From: Alphaproteobacteria bacterium
Lineage (GTDB): Bacteria > Pseudomonadota > Alphaproteobacteria > MPNO01 > UBA830
Assembly: GCA_965221485.1 (NCBI GenBank)
Contig: OZ244893.1
Location: 3,515,726 to 3,579,725, forward strand
Direction: 5' to 3'
Length of the DNA stretch: 64,000 nt
The position numbers and the translations under genes were made by a program. Below, in pieces: positions 10,242-20,162 of the stretch (position 1 is its first letter; every line of letters starts with the position of its first letter). The notes beneath the pieces were generated by a model. The model had not been told where the DNA came from and did not search any database. It was given only the letters and a program-made list of their open reading frames with translations.

Positions 10242-11550
10242 ACCGGACCAGGGAATGGCGACGACACAGGCTGGCCAGAGTTCAGGTGCTCTGCTGTCAA
10301 AAAACATGCGCAGGCGCAATGCTGCCGAGAAGCGATTTCGCCTTTATGGGGCCGCAGCCATTGCCCTCGCGATCGGTGCGCTTCTCTGGCTGCTGATCAG
10401 CATTTTTCTCACCGGGTATTCCGCATTCGTTCAGACCAGGGTCAAGCTCGATATACATTTTGATTCCGCAGTCATTGATCCCGCGGGATCCGGTGATGCG
10501 CGCGTATTGCAGGAGGCGAATTATGCGTTGCTGTACCGCAAGGCCATTGAACGACTGTTTCCCGAAGTCAGTGGGCGTCGCGACAAGCGTGACCTGCGGC
10601 GCCTCATCAGTTCCGGTGCTGATCTGGAGTTGCGGGACCGGGTTCTCTCCGATCCGGCCATTATTGGGCAAACGGTTGCAGTCTGGGTTACCGCATCGGA
10701 CGATCTCGATCAGTTTCACAAGGGAGCTCATTCACGAGAGACTCCCGAAGACTCCCGACCGTTCAAGGACAAGCAGATCGCCTGGTATGACCGGCTTGCT
10801 GCTGATGATCGGGTCGCGGCCAGGTTCAATACAACATTGTTTACCGCCGGAGCCTCCCGCGAACCGGAACAGGCCGGTATCTGGGGTGCGATCGTCGGTT
10901 CATTCTGGACCCTGTTGATCACCTTGCTGCTCAGCTTTCCTGTTGGTGTGTCCGCGGCTGTCTATCTCGAGGAATTTGCGCCGAAAAATCGCTGGACAGA
11001 TCTGATTGAGGTCAACATCAACAATCTGGCTGCAGTGCCTTCGATCGTCTTTGGATTGCTCGGGCTCGCCGTTTTTCTCAGCTTCTTCGGATTGCCGCGT
11101 TCGGCGCCGCTTGTCGGCGGCATGGTTCTTGCGCTCATGACCCTGCCAACAATCATCATTGCCACCCGTGCAGCTCTGAAAGCGGTTCCACCGTCCATTC
11201 GGGAGGCCGCTTACGGAGTCGGCGCATCCCCGCTGCAGACCGTCTTCCACCATGTCCTGCCCCTGGCGTTGCCGGGCATCCTGACTGGGACCATCATCGG
11301 GATGGCGCAGGCGCTTGGCGAAACGGCACCGCTTCTGATGATTGGCATGGTGGCGTTCATTGTCGATATTCCGGGCGGGCCGCTGAGCGCGTCCACCGTG
11401 CTTCCGGTCCAGATATTCCTTTGGAGTGATCTGCCCGAGAGAGCCTTCGTCGAACGCACGAGTGCGGCCATTCTGGTTCTGCTCGGCTTCCTCATTGTGA
11501 TGAATTTGATCGCTGTTCTGCTGCGCAAGCGCTTCGAAAGGCGCTGGTAG
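10234..11550 (+). CDS. pstA: Phosphate ABC transporter permease PstA
   Basis: Permease with '[14 protein letters not shown]'. The in-frame ATG 10234 overlaps the pstC stop (ATGACTGA); ORF-track start 10207 is an alternative. Confidence 0.88.
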   Translation: MTEPDQGMATTQAGQSSGALLSKNMRRRNAAEKRFRLYGAAAIALAIGALLWLLISIFLTGYSAFVQTRVKLDIHFDSAVIDPAGSGDARVLQEANYALLYRKAIERLFPEVSGRRDKRDLRRLISSGADLELRDRVLSDPAIIGQTVAVWVTASDDLDQFHKGAHSRETPEDSRPFKDKQIAWYDRLAADDRVAARFNTTLFTAGASREPEQAGIWGAIVGSFWTLLITLLLSFPVGVSAAVYLEEFAPKNRWTDLIEVNINNLAAVPSIVFGLLGLAVFLSFFGLPRSAPLVGGMVLALMTLPTIIIATRAALKAVPPSIREAAYGVGASPLQTVFHHVLPLALPGILTGTIIGMAQALGETAPLLMIGMVAFIVDIPGGPLSASTVLPVQIFLWSDLPERAFVERTSAAILVLLGFLIVMNLIAVLLRKRFERRW

Positions 11551-11575
11551 CGGACTGCGGAAGGGGCTGTATGAT

Positions 11576-12421
11576 ATGGATACCATGATTGGTAATGCTG
11601 ACGTTGATCAGGTCCGAACAGGCTATGATGCCGACGGTTGGGAAAACGAACGCCCCGAGTCCGTTGACATCAAGATCACGGCCCGCGGCGTCGATGTCTT
11701 CTATGGTGGAAAGCAGGCGCTCCACGGGGTCGATCTTGACGTACCCTCGCATCAGGTTACGGCTCTGATCGGTCCTTCCGGATGTGGAAAATCCACGTTT
11801 CTTCGTTGCCTCAATCGCATGAATGACGTGATCGACGGGTGCCGGGTCAGCGGCCGGATCTCCATAGACAGCGAGGACATTTATCATCCGTCGCTGGATG
11901 TCGTGCAGTTGCGTGCACGGGTGGGGATGGTGTTCCAGAAGCCGAACCCGTTCCCGAAGTCGATTTATGACAACATCGCCTACGGGCCGCGAATTCACGG
12001 GATTGTTTCCAACAAGGCCCAGCTTGACGAAATCGTCCATACAAGCCTCGAGAAAGCCGGGCTGTTTGAAGAGGTCAAGGATCGATTGAATGAGCCGGGA
12101 ACGAGCCTTTCGGGCGGTCAGCAACAGCGACTGTGCATTGCCCGCGCCATTGCTGTCAGCCCCGATGTGATTCTCATGGATGAACCCTGCTCGGCCCTGG
12201 ATCCGATTGCCACCGCCCGTATCGAGGAATTGATTGACGAATTGCGTGATCGGTTCACGATTGTCATCGTGACCCATTCGATGCAGCAGGCAGCGCGTGT
12301 CTCGCAGCAGACAGCATTTTTTCACCTCGGATACCTGATCGAGGTCGGAGAGACAGAGCGCATGTTTACCAATCCCAGCGATGAACGCACACAGGGTTAC
12401 ATCACCGGGAGATATGGTTGA
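11576..12421 (+). CDS. pstB: Phosphate import ATP-binding protein PstB
   Basis: Walker A 'GPSGCGKST', signature 'LSGGQQQRL', Walker B 'ILMDEP'. Canonical PstB length. Confidence 0.95.
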   Translation: MDTMIGNADVDQVRTGYDADGWENERPESVDIKITARGVDVFYGGKQALHGVDLDVPSHQVTALIGPSGCGKSTFLRCLNRMNDVIDGCRVSGRISIDSEDIYHPSLDVVQLRARVGMVFQKPNPFPKSIYDNIAYGPRIHGIVSNKAQLDEIVHTSLEKAGLFEEVKDRLNEPGTSLSGGQQQRLCIARAIAVSPDVILMDEPCSALDPIATARIEELIDELRDRFTIVIVTHSMQQAARVSQQTAFFHLGYLIEVGETERMFTNPSDERTQGYITGRYG

Positions 12422-12434
12422 TCAGTGTTCGGAA

Positions 12435-13190
12435 ATGACTGTCATGATAACCAACACGCAAGCTGGCGAGCATATCGTCAAGTCCTATGATCAGGAACTC
12501 GAGAGCCTGAACAACGACATCGTGAAGATGGGCGGTCTGACAGAAACCCAGATCGCCCGGGCTGTCGAGGCTGTGGTGCGGCGGAATCCGGAACTGGCGC
12601 TTCGCGTTGTCGATGACGATGACCTGATCGACGACCTCAACTATGAAATCGATATCCAGACAACACGCATGATGGCGTTGCGCCAGCCGATGGCCCAGGA
12701 TCTGCGCCAGATCGTCGGCGCACTGAAGATCGCTTCGGACCTTGAGCGGATTGGCGACTACGCGGCCAATATCGCCAAACGGGCGGTTTCGTTGACCAGT
12801 TCGGCTCCGGTCCCACCGGTCCAGTCAATCCCGCGCATGAGCCGGATGGCCCAGCATATGGTCAAGGAGGTGCTTGATGCCTATGTCGCGCGCGATGCTG
12901 ATCAGGCCATTCGCGTATGGCATGCGGATGAAACCCTTGACGGCATGTATACCAGCCTGTTCCGCGAAGCCCTGACCTACATGATGGAGGATCCGCGGCA
13001 AATCTCTGTCTGCACCCACCTCCTGTTCATCGCGAAGAACATCGAGCGGATCGGGGACCATGTGACCAACGTTGCGGAAACCATTTATTTTGTGGTGCAT
13101 GGAGAGCGGTTGCGGGCGACACGCCCGAAGGGCGGAGGCCCTGAAGGATCGGTTTTGCCGGATGTTGATCAGGACAGCATGTCGTCATGA
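12435..13190 (+). CDS. phoU: Phosphate signalling complex protein PhoU
   Basis: Two PhoU repeats (E..D..IERIGD motifs 'DLERIGDYAANIA' and 'NIERIGDHVTNVAE'). The stop overlaps the phoB start. Confidence 0.9.
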   Translation: MTVMITNTQAGEHIVKSYDQELESLNNDIVKMGGLTETQIARAVEAVVRRNPELALRVVDDDDLIDDLNYEIDIQTTRMMALRQPMAQDLRQIVGALKIASDLERIGDYAANIAKRAVSLTSSAPVPPVQSIPRMSRMAQHMVKEVLDAYVARDADQAIRVWHADETLDGMYTSLFREALTYMMEDPRQISVCTHLLFIAKNIERIGDHVTNVAETIYFVVHGERLRATRPKGGGPEGSVLPDVDQDSMSS

Positions 13191-13888
13191 GACCGGTTAT
13201 CCTGATCGTTGAGGACGAGCCGGCCCTTGTCGAGGTCCTGCACTACAACTTCCAGAGAGCCGGTTTCGAGGCCCTGTCATCAGACAATGGCGAGGATGCC
13301 CTTCTGGTTGCTGAAGAACGTTCGATTGACCTCGTCATTCTGGACTGGATGTTGCCGGGAATGTCCGGCATCGAGGTGTGCCGCCAATTACGCCGCGGTC
13401 CGGCGACGAGCAGCGTCCCGATTATCATGCTGACTGCCCGGGGAGAGGCGCACGATCGCCTTCGAGGATTTGAAACGGGAGCAGACGATTACGTGACCAA
13501 GCCCGTGTCTCCCGAGGAACTGGTGGCCCGCGCCCGAGCTGTGCTGCGTCGGACGCGCCCGGCTCTCTCTGCTGAGATCCTGAGTTACCGGGATCTCAGG
13601 ATGAACCTGAGCGAACACAAGGTCACACGAGGTCAACGACAGATTCATCTCGGACCCACGGAATTCAGGTTGTTGCGGCATTTCATGGAATATCCGGGGC
13701 GGGTCTTTTCGAGAGATCAGTTGATCGACTCCGTCTGGGGGCATGACATCTTCATTGATTCGAGGACTGTTGATGTACATATCCGGCGGTTGCGAAAGGC
13801 CCTCAACCGGGATCGGGAAAAAGACTTCATCCGCACTGTAAGATCAGCCGGCTACGCGCTTGATGCCGACGCCAAGGCGCCTGCCTGA
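13187..13888 (+). CDS. phoB: Phosphate regulon response regulator PhoB (OmpR family)
   Basis: Receiver domain 'ILIVEDEP...DLVILDWMLPGMSG' and a winged-helix OmpR/PhoB C-terminus. It is the last gene of the phoR-pst-phoU-phoB unit. Confidence 0.9.
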   Translation: MRPVILIVEDEPALVEVLHYNFQRAGFEALSSDNGEDALLVAEERSIDLVILDWMLPGMSGIEVCRQLRRGPATSSVPIIMLTARGEAHDRLRGFETGADDYVTKPVSPEELVARARAVLRRTRPALSAEILSYRDLRMNLSEHKVTRGQRQIHLGPTEFRLLRHFMEYPGRVFSRDQLIDSVWGHDIFIDSRTVDVHIRRLRKALNRDREKDFIRTVRSAGYALDADAKAPA

Positions 13889-14048
13889 AGTTCCGCCACG
13901 ACGGAACGACCCGCGGCAAATGAACAACACAACGCGCCTTGCACATGGTATTACGGCGACGGTCCGAACCCTGATTGACGATCTGTCATGAGGCGAACAC
14001 CAGGTCTCGACGCAGGCGGCCGGGACTCGCTGAATGCACCGGGGTGTG

Positions 14049-15263
14049 TCAGGAGTGGGCGCGTTCCCAGTCGACCATGTAGTCTCTTGTTTCGGGGGTT
14101 GCGTACCGGTCCTTGGCCAACTGCAGCTGGAACACCATCTGATCGTCGAAACGGAAACTCATTTCGCAGCCCAGCAGATAGAATTCCCACATGCGGCAGA
14201 ATCGCTCGTCATACATTTCGGCGACTGTCGAGCGATTTTCGCGAAACCGTCGGTGCCAGTGCCTGAGGGTCTCGGCATAGTGCGTCCTGAGAATTTCGAC
14301 ATCCGTGGAAATCAGTCCGGCCTGCTCAAGCGCGGTGAAGACCTCGGAAAGCGCTGGTGTGTAGCCTCCCGGGAAGATGTATTTGCGAAGCCATGCATTG
14401 GTATTTCCGGGTTCAGTGAAACGACCGATCGAATGAAGCAACATGACCCCCCGGTCGGTGAGAAGTCGTCGAACATGGCGAAAGAATTCCAGATAATGAC
14501 GGGCCCCTACATGTTCGAACATGCCGACGGAAACGATACGGTCGAAGGGCCCCGTAACCTCCCGGTAATCCTGCAACAGAAACCGGACCTGGTCCTTCAG
14601 GCCGGCATCCTGCGCCCGCTGGACCGAAACCTGGTGCTGTTCACGTGACAGGGTGACGCCGGTCACGTTGGCGCCGGTCTCGCGTGCGAGGTACAGGCCC
14701 AGGCCCCCCCATCCCGAGCCGATATCGAGCACACGCATACCGGGTTCCAGAAGGAGCTTGGAGGCAATATGGCGCTTCTTGGCATGCTGCGCCTGGTCAA
14801 GGGTGGTATTGGTGTTCGGGAAATAGGCGCAGGAATATTGCCGGTCTTCGTCGAGAAACAGATCAAAGAGGTCGTCCGAAAGATCATAATGATGGGCGAC
14901 GTTGGTTTGTGCCCTGCGAATCGGATTATGTTGCTGAATGGGCCGTGCGATATGGCGAATAAAGGCAGTTGCTGCCTTGCCGAGGGGGCCCTCGCGGCGC
15001 AGATTGCGAATATTGTGTCCGACAAACTCGAAGAAATCGGAGATGTCTCCATTCTCCACGGTCAGGGTGCCGTCCATATAGGCTTCGCCAATGGCAAGTC
15101 TCGGATTGAGACCCAGCCGCCTGTGCAATGCCTTGCTGTGCAGACGCACCGTCAGGGATGGTTGTGCTGAAGCGTCCCCGAAACTGTGCCGTCGCCCCTT
15201 CGCATCGATCAGGACGAGATGACCAGACGTTACGAAACGCTCAAGAAAATTCGCAACGAGCAT
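14049..15263 (-). CDS. cfa: Cyclopropane-fatty-acyl-phospholipid synthase family SAM-dependent methyltransferase
   Basis: SAM-binding motif 'VLDIGSGWGGLGLYLA' and a CFA-synthase C-terminal region. The internal Met at 15263 (RBS GAGAGAGAAGG) gives the canonical ~404 aa; the longer ORF to 15608 carries a low-complexity extension. Confidence 0.82.
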   Translation of the reverse strand: MLVANFLERFVTSGHLVLIDAKGRRHSFGDASAQPSLTVRLHSKALHRRLGLNPRLAIGEAYMDGTLTVENGDISDFFEFVGHNIRNLRREGPLGKAATAFIRHIARPIQQHNPIRRAQTNVAHHYDLSDDLFDLFLDEDRQYSCAYFPNTNTTLDQAQHAKKRHIASKLLLEPGMRVLDIGSGWGGLGLYLARETGANVTGVTLSREQHQVSVQRAQDAGLKDQVRFLLQDYREVTGPFDRIVSVGMFEHVGARHYLEFFRHVRRLLTDRGVMLLHSIGRFTEPGNTNAWLRKYIFPGGYTPALSEVFTALEQAGLISTDVEILRTHYAETLRHWHRRFRENRSTVAEMYDERFCRMWEFYLLGCEMSFRFDDQMVFQLQLAKDRYATPETRDYMVDWERAHS

Positions 15264-15576
15264 GCCTTCTCTCTCTGTGGGTTCATTGATGCAAAGCCTA
15301 ATTCCGCGGCCGATGAAACGCAATCCGGCCCGGTCGTGGCATATGCGGCCGCCTCTGCCGCGCACTCCCGTCAATCGACGGGTATTGCCCCCAACCTCTC
15401 CTGACGCACAGCCGATGCCGGCTTGACGACAATGCCGGGCTGTCCCGGTGATTGCGCGGGGTTGTGGATGATTGCAGCAGGGCTCCGGGCGTGATCTGAA
15501 GCCGCAGTACCACGCAGCGGAGGGGGCGGCCCGAACAGCGGAGAGACCGCAAAAAGTCTCTTCCGGTCTGGTCCCG

Positions 15577-17001
15577 CTATCCCGATTCCCCGGCGGCTTC
15601 GCGGCCAAACAGGCGAACCCGTGCTCCGGACAGCATGTCGCGGAGCCGTCGGCGAATGAGCCAGAGGCATATCAGTGACGGCGTGACCATCAGTGTCGTA
15701 ATGACGAAGAATGTGCCCCAGTCGCCATCAAGCCAGTCGACCAGCTCACCGGAAGCTGAACCGAACAGGGTTCTCCCTGCGGTTCCGATCGAAGCCAGCA
15801 AGGCATATTGTGTCGCGGTATAGGTTCTGTCGACCAGCATGGAAATAAAGGCGACAAAGGTCACGGTTGCAAACGCGCTTGCGAGGTCATCGGCGACAAC
15901 AGCGATCGCAAACAGAAGCTCGGACTTCCCCGACCAGGCGAGCAAGGCAAACAGGAGATTGGTCATCGCCATGGCCACGCCTGACACGAACAGTCCCCGG
16001 ATCAGGCCAACCCGGATGGCAACAAGACCGCCCAGCACGGTGAATACCACGGTTGTGATCCATCCGAGTCCCTTGGAGTAGAGAGCGATGTCCGACTTGG
16101 TGAAACCGACCTCCTTGTAGAAAACAAGGGACATGCGCCCCATGAAGGCCTCGCCGATCTTGAACAGGAAAATAAAGCCAAGAACCGTCAGGGCGATTGC
16201 CAAACCGTTTCGACGGAAGAAACTGGCCAGCGGGCTGACCACGGTTCCCGCCAGCCAGGCCGTGGCGGATGCGGCAAAATCCGGCAATTTCAATGTCGCG
16301 GCAATCCGGCGGCCGCTGTCGCCTTGCGCGCTCAGAAGTCGGCTGCGATCGGCTTCCCGAACGAAGGCGAGCCCGATATTGCACAGGATGATCAGGACTG
16401 TCAGAACAAGAAAGGTGGCCTGCCAGTAGTTTTCAACCCCTGATCGTTCAAGCATCGCTGCGGTCTCCAGCGCCACGATGCCGCCCAGCTTGTATCCCGT
16501 CCACCATCCGACGACAGCGACGGCCGCTCCGGCTGCCATTGCTTCCGATTCGCTCGTGCCGATCTGTTCGATGCGAAGCGCGTCGACGGCGATGTCCTGC
16601 GTGGCAGAGGCGGTGGCGATGATCAGCCCGATGGCCACCACTCCGCCCAGATTGGCAACGGGATCCGACAGGCTCCACAGGACGAGGCTGATGAGAATGA
16701 CGGCCTGCAACGTGACGATCCAGGCACGGCGTTGCCCGATTCTGGAGGTCAGCCAGGGCACCTGAATTCGGTCGACAAGCGGCGCCCAGAGAAAATTGAC
16801 CGCATAAACCGCAAAAATAAGCCCGGCCCAGCCGATCGTGCCCCGGCTCAGACCGTCTTCCTTGAGCCACAGGCTCAGACTGCTCCCGATCAGGACCCAG
16901 GGGAAGCCGCTGATGATCCCGAGAAGGAGAATGCAAAACATCCGTTTCTGGAAATAAACTTCCAGAGCGTTCCAGCCGCGTGCTTCTGTGGAAGGGGTCA
17001 T
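15577..17001 (-). CDS. ampG: AmpG-family MFS permease (muropeptide/anhydro-muropeptide importer-like)
   Basis: 12-14 TM MFS protein with an AmpG-like N-terminus 'ILLLGIISGFPWVLIGSSLSLWL..FLWAPLVDR'. The Met at 17001 is preceded by AGGAAG. Confidence 0.72.
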   Translation of the reverse strand: MTPSTEARGWNALEVYFQKRMFCILLLGIISGFPWVLIGSSLSLWLKEDGLSRGTIGWAGLIFAVYAVNFLWAPLVDRIQVPWLTSRIGQRRAWIVTLQAVILISLVLWSLSDPVANLGGVVAIGLIIATASATQDIAVDALRIEQIGTSESEAMAAGAAVAVVGWWTGYKLGGIVALETAAMLERSGVENYWQATFLVLTVLIILCNIGLAFVREADRSRLLSAQGDSGRRIAATLKLPDFAASATAWLAGTVVSPLASFFRRNGLAIALTVLGFIFLFKIGEAFMGRMSLVFYKEVGFTKSDIALYSKGLGWITTVVFTVLGGLVAIRVGLIRGLFVSGVAMAMTNLLFALLAWSGKSELLFAIAVVADDLASAFATVTFVAFISMLVDRTYTATQYALLASIGTAGRTLFGSASGELVDWLDGDWGTFFVITTLMVTPSLICLWLIRRRLRDMLSGARVRLFGREAAGESG

Positions 17002-17705
17002 CGCTTCCTGTCTGGTGGCGAGCAAGGGATCGGTTGACCGGGTCGACGATCTGAAAGCCAGCCTCCGACCATATGGCATAATGCCCCGGAAAACCGAATC
17101 ATTGTTGCCTCGGCGTTGGCTCTTTGACTTGCGGTTATGCGAGGCCGCTTCCCGGTACCGTCCCGAAAAAGCACAGCTCTCGCCGGCGCGGGTGCAGACA
17201 GCGCCGGTTGACTGGCCGCGTCAGACCACAGGTTGCCGCATGAACCGGCCTGCGATCCCCGCGGGTCATTGCGGAAAACCGGATGCCGGGGCCCGAAAAA
17301 GCGACCAGGCCGGTGCCTCTGCAGGTTCAAGGCCGTATCCGGGGCTGCGGACATGGACACGGATCCGGTCGGGTGGGTAAGCGCAGTAAACGGGAGAGAG
17401 CCTGTCCCAGACGGCGGAAGCACAGGGTGCAGCAGCGGCACGGACGGCGGACGGCCTTCATCACCGGGTCTGCTGATGCCGATTCCGAACAGGCACGGGG
17501 TCCGGTTCAGCCGCGACGGCCAGGGTTCAGCCGGAAGCCGCAGGCTGCCGTGGTGAATGCTCCGGCGGGGGCCGGTGGTTCCTTTCTGCAGGGCGGGGCT
17601 TCCTGAGCAAATATCTCCGCCGGACACAGGGGGCTGCAAAGGGCGGCCCGGCGTCGCAGGCGATCAGACCTGGCCGGAGGACCGGACCGTATCCAATAAT
17701 GATCC

Positions 17706-18203
17706 CTACGGTACCTGACCGATCTCGTCGAGGCGCTTCTGCAGGGACAATCGATCCAGCCCCGTGGTCGGAAGATGCACGAAAATGGAGATGCGATTGG
17801 TCAGCATTCGCAGTGCGTCCGCAAAGGCAGCCCGCTTTACGGCTTCACTCCCCTCGACCCCTGCAGGATCGGGTAATCCCCAATGGGCAGACATGGGTTG
17901 GCCCGGCCAGACCGGGCAGACTTCCCCGGCGGCGTTGTCACAAACCGTGAAGACGAAGTCCATCCGGGGTGCATCGGGTCCCGCGAATTCCATCCAGTCC
18001 TTCGACCTCAACCCGGAAACCGGAAAATTCTGGTTCCTGAGGAGATCGAGCGCATAGGGATGGATCTGTCCCGTGGGTTGGCTGCCGGCGCTGTATCCGA
18101 GAAAGCGGCCCTGATCCTCTCGTCGCAGTACGCATTCCGCCATGATGCTGCGCGCCGAATTTCCGGTGCACAGGAACAGAACACTGTATGGCTTGTCCGC
18201 CAT
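17706..18203 (-). CDS. arsC: Arsenate reductase, low-molecular-weight phosphatase type (thioredoxin-coupled ArsC)
   Basis: 'VLFLCTGNSARSIMAE' CX5R P-loop and 165 aa. No adjacent arsR or arsB. Confidence 0.8.
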   Translation of the reverse strand: MADKPYSVLFLCTGNSARSIMAECVLRREDQGRFLGYSAGSQPTGQIHPYALDLLRNQNFPVSGLRSKDWMEFAGPDAPRMDFVFTVCDNAAGEVCPVWPGQPMSAHWGLPDPAGVEGSEAVKRAAFADALRMLTNRISIFVHLPTTGLDRLSLQKRLDEIGQVP

Positions 18204-18290
18204 CGTCTTTCAGTGCCCTCATTTTCCGCAAACGAACATCGGATAGCACCAATTCATGACACAGCCATGACAGTTCCATGACGTCTGGTA

Positions 18291-20162
18291 TTACCCCGTG
18301 GCCGCGCGAACCCGCTTGTGCTCGGCGCGTTTCCGCACATGAGGATCAAGGTGGCGCTTGCGCAGACGGACATGACGGGGCGTCACCTCCACCAGCTCGT
18401 CATCTTCGATATATCCGATGGCTTCTTCGAGACCCCGATGCAGCGGAGGGGTCAGACGCACCGCATCGTCGCTTCCCGCTGCGCGTATGTTCGTCAGCTT
18501 CTTGGTGCGCAGCGGATTCACAACCAGATCATTGCCACGGTTGTGCTCACCGATAATCATCCCCTCGTAAACCTCGGTTCCGCCCCCGATGAACAGGACA
18601 CCGCGATCCTCGAGATTCCACAATGCGAACGGCACTGACTTTCCGTCTGTGTTCGATACGAGAACCCCGTTTCGGCGCCCCGGGATCTGCCCCTTGTCGG
18701 GTGCGTAGCCATGAAAGACCCGGCTCATGACACCGGTGCCGCGCGTGTCATTCAGAAACTGCCCGTGATAACCGATCAATCCCCGTGTTGGCGCGAGGAA
18801 CACCAACCTCGTCTGCCCGCCTATAAGGGGATGCATGTCTGTCATTTCCGCACGGCGCTGACTCATCGCTTCCACCACCGTTCCGACAAACCCCGAATCG
18901 AGGTCAACGGTCACCTCTTCAACCGGTTCGCTGCGTTGACCCGAGTCCGGGTCACCCCGGAACAGCACACGAGGCCGCGAAACCGAAAACTCGTATCCCT
19001 CCCGGCGCATGGTTTCGATCAGAATACCCAGCTGCAATTCACCCCGGCCCCGCACCTCGAATTCCGTTTCGTCGTCGGTCCGGGCGACCGATACGGCGAC
19101 ATTGCCTTCGGCTTCCCGAAACAGCCGGTCTCCCAGCATTCGCGATGTCACCTTGTCACCATCCTGACCCGCGAGAGGAGAGTCGTTGACAGAAAAATAC
19201 ATGGCAAGGGTCGGTGGATCGATGGGGCGCGCCTTCACGGGTGTGTCCAGTTCCGGATCCGCGATCGTATCCGTAACCGAAGCCTTGCGAAGACCGGCAA
19301 TAGCGACAATGTCGCCGGCATGAGCTTCGGTGACAGGAACCCGCTCGATGCCCCGAAACGACAGGAGCCTTGTCAGCCGCGCCGTTTCGATTGTGGCGCC
19401 ACTCTGGTCCACTGCGACAACAGGAGAATTGACCCGCGCCAGACCGCGTTCGATACGCCCCGTAAGTACGCGGCCGAGAAAGGGGTCGTACTCCAGAATG
19501 CTGCAAAGCATTGCGAAGGAACCCTCGACCTCGGCTTGTGGTGCCGGCACACGGGTTATCACCTGTTCAAACAGGGGCGAGAGTGATTGTCCCGATTCCT
19601 CCGGATCCTCGACGGCCCAGCCCTGTCTTGCTGATGCGAACAGGGTCCGGAAATCCAGCTGGTCGTCGCTGGCTTCCAGCGTCACAAAGAGGTCGAAGAT
19701 CTCCTCTTCCACCTCACGGGCCCGGGCATCCGGGCGGTCCATCTTGTTGACAACCACAATCGGGTGCAAGCCCGATGACAACGCCTTCATGGTGACGAAG
19801 CGCGTTTGCGGCATCGGGCCTTCGGCCGCGTCGACAAGAATGACGACACCGTCCACCATGTCGAGAATGCGTTCTACCTCGCCGCCAAAGTCGGCATGTC
19901 CCGGTGTGTCGACAATGTTTATCCGGACATCGCTCCATGTCACCGATGCACATTTGGAAAGAACCGTAATTCCGCGTTCCCGTTCGAGATCGATGTTGTC
20001 AAGAACCCGTTCCGCCACGCGCTGGTTTTCGCGGAAGGTTCCCGATTGCCACAACATCTGATCAACAAGCGTGGTCTTGCCATGATCCACATGGGCAATG
20101 ATGGCGATATTGCGGACGCCTTTGGCCGTGTCGTGGGGCGGCTGACCCGTAAACCGGGTCAA
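18291..20162 (-). CDS. typA: Translational GTPase TypA/BipA
   Basis: 'NIAIIAHVDHGKTTL' G1 motif, EF-G-like domains II-V and ~620 aa. Confidence 0.9.
   Translation of the reverse strand: MTRFTGQPPHDTAKGVRNIAIIAHVDHGKTTLVDQMLWQSGTFRENQRVAERVLDNIDLERERGITVLSKCASVTWSDVRINIVDTPGHADFGGEVERILDMVDGVVILVDAAEGPMPQTRFVTMKALSSGLHPIVVVNKMDRPDARAREVEEEIFDLFVTLEASDDQLDFRTLFASARQGWAVEDPEESGQSLSPLFEQVITRVPAPQAEVEGSFAMLCSILEYDPFLGRVLTGRIERGLARVNSPVVAVDQSGATIETARLTRLLSFRGIERVPVTEAHAGDIVAIAGLRKASVTDTIADPELDTPVKARPIDPPTLAMYFSVNDSPLAGQDGDKVTSRMLGDRLFREAEGNVAVSVARTDDETEFEVRGRGELQLGILIETMRREGYEFSVSRPRVLFRGDPDSGQRSEPVEEVTVDLDSGFVGTVVEAMSQRRAEMTDMHPLIGGQTRLVFLAPTRGLIGYHGQFLNDTRGTGVMSRVFHGYAPDKGQIPGRRNGVLVSNTDGKSVPFALWNLEDRGVLFIGGGTEVYEGMIIGEHNRGNDLVVNPLRTKKLTNIRAAGSDDAVRLTPPLHRGLEEAIGYIEDDELVEVTPRHVRLRKRHLDPHVRKRAEHKRVRAATG

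Noticed and set aside
13889-13907. Hairpin GTTCCG-ccacga-CGGAAC just after phoB as a rho-independent terminator
   Set aside because: The stem is only 6 bp and no U-tract follows. It is a possible weak terminator but not supportable as a feature.
16998-17639. 213-aa ORF on the minus strand overlapping the ampG leader
   Set aside because: The translation is Pro/Arg/Gly-rich low-complexity text with no hydrophobic core or motif. There is no RBS. It is treated as non-coding.
17002-17705. Possible cobalamin riboswitch in the long GC-rich leader upstream of the ampG-like gene
   Set aside because: No B12-box (…GCCACTG / AGYCMGGAGACCKGCC-like) or other conserved riboswitch core could be found on either strand. 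There is also no logical link between B12 and AmpG.
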